A DNA stretch of 64,000 nt, taken from NCBI GenBank assembly GCA_964187785.1, contig OZ076417.1, positions 24,304,001-24,368,000 on the forward strand, read 5' to 3'. Positions 63,401-64,000 of the stretch are shown one piece after another (positions within the stretch are counted from its first letter, which is position 1; each line of letters starts with the position of its first letter). Origin of the DNA: Amphiscolops sp. MND2022. Taxonomy: Eukaryota. Position numbers and translations under genes: made by a program. The notes under the pieces are model-generated. The model was not told the DNA's origin, did not search any database, and saw only the letters and a list, made by a program, of their open reading frames with translations.

Positions 63401-64000
63401 AATATCATTGAACTGCTGTGAGAAACACAGCCAACTACTCTTTATACTCCAATATTACAGTTTTTTCCTGTCGTTTTATAGAACGTAACCCTCGGATGGT
63501 ACTTGTTTGTTTAACGATAAAACAGAAATATAAATTCACTGTTGAAATAAACAATCTTTCTCAGTGCCTTCAACTAGGAAGCAGAAAAATAAAAGAAGCG
63601 ATCCTGTCACTTTGACGTAATGCCCGACTTGGAAGACACCCACGTAATGGAAATTGGGAAACTTTGAAGAGTATGTATATGATGGGAATCCAGTATATAG
63701 AACAAAATGAAGCCATATTTACGTCAAACGCTCACCAAACAGTGAGAAACTTGAATGACGAAAACATTAGCGCCATGGTAAATTAAATTGCATAGAAAGC
63801 AGTGAGAGAACACCAGAAATCAATGAAACATTGAATGAAGAATTAGGTTGCCAAACGACTGGAACATTAGAAGAGATGAAAAAAAATTGAATTATAATTT
63901 TTTACAGGCAATTGAGCATGTTGTTAGCGAGAGGGTAATTCCACAGCTTCAGCAAAGCTTGGGGAGTTAGAAAGTGGTTTAAGTGCAAAGATGGATCTAA

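Overview
AT-rich eukaryotic (probably invertebrate) genomic DNA, dominated by transposable elements, with a few spliced host exons. The centrepiece is a complete 15.7-kb Ty3/Gypsy LTR retrotransposon on the minus strand (24104-39786). It has 931-bp LTRs about 99% identical, a GACAC target-site duplication, PBS, PPT, gag with two CCHC knuckles, a -1 frameshift heptamer and PR-RT-RH-INT pol with four lesions. Between pol and the 3' LTR it carries about 7.6 kb of extra sequence. This includes an ANTISENSE gene that I can assemble into 9 phase-consistent GT-AG exons (26066-30516, 1159 aa). By eye the product follows a hAT DNA-transposase architecture (C2H2 finger, W..L.LYF, LDP-like and dimerisation-like regions) with the catalytic motifs apparently lost. 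The element's gag starts 107 codons inside the LTR and reads through the PBS, and several unrelated LTR relics in the window look similar. Also present: a diverged tandem duplication of gag+LTR+flank (40513-43056), a decayed CR1/L2-like LINE (43325-47360), an old degenerate Gypsy (about 9.8-15.4 kb, spanning a 200-N gap), MITE-like and palindromic repeats, and host exons encoding cbEGF, F-type-lectin/discoidin-like and PAN-like domains. No rRNA, tRNA or CRISPR array was recognised. All domain calls come from motif reading, not database searches.
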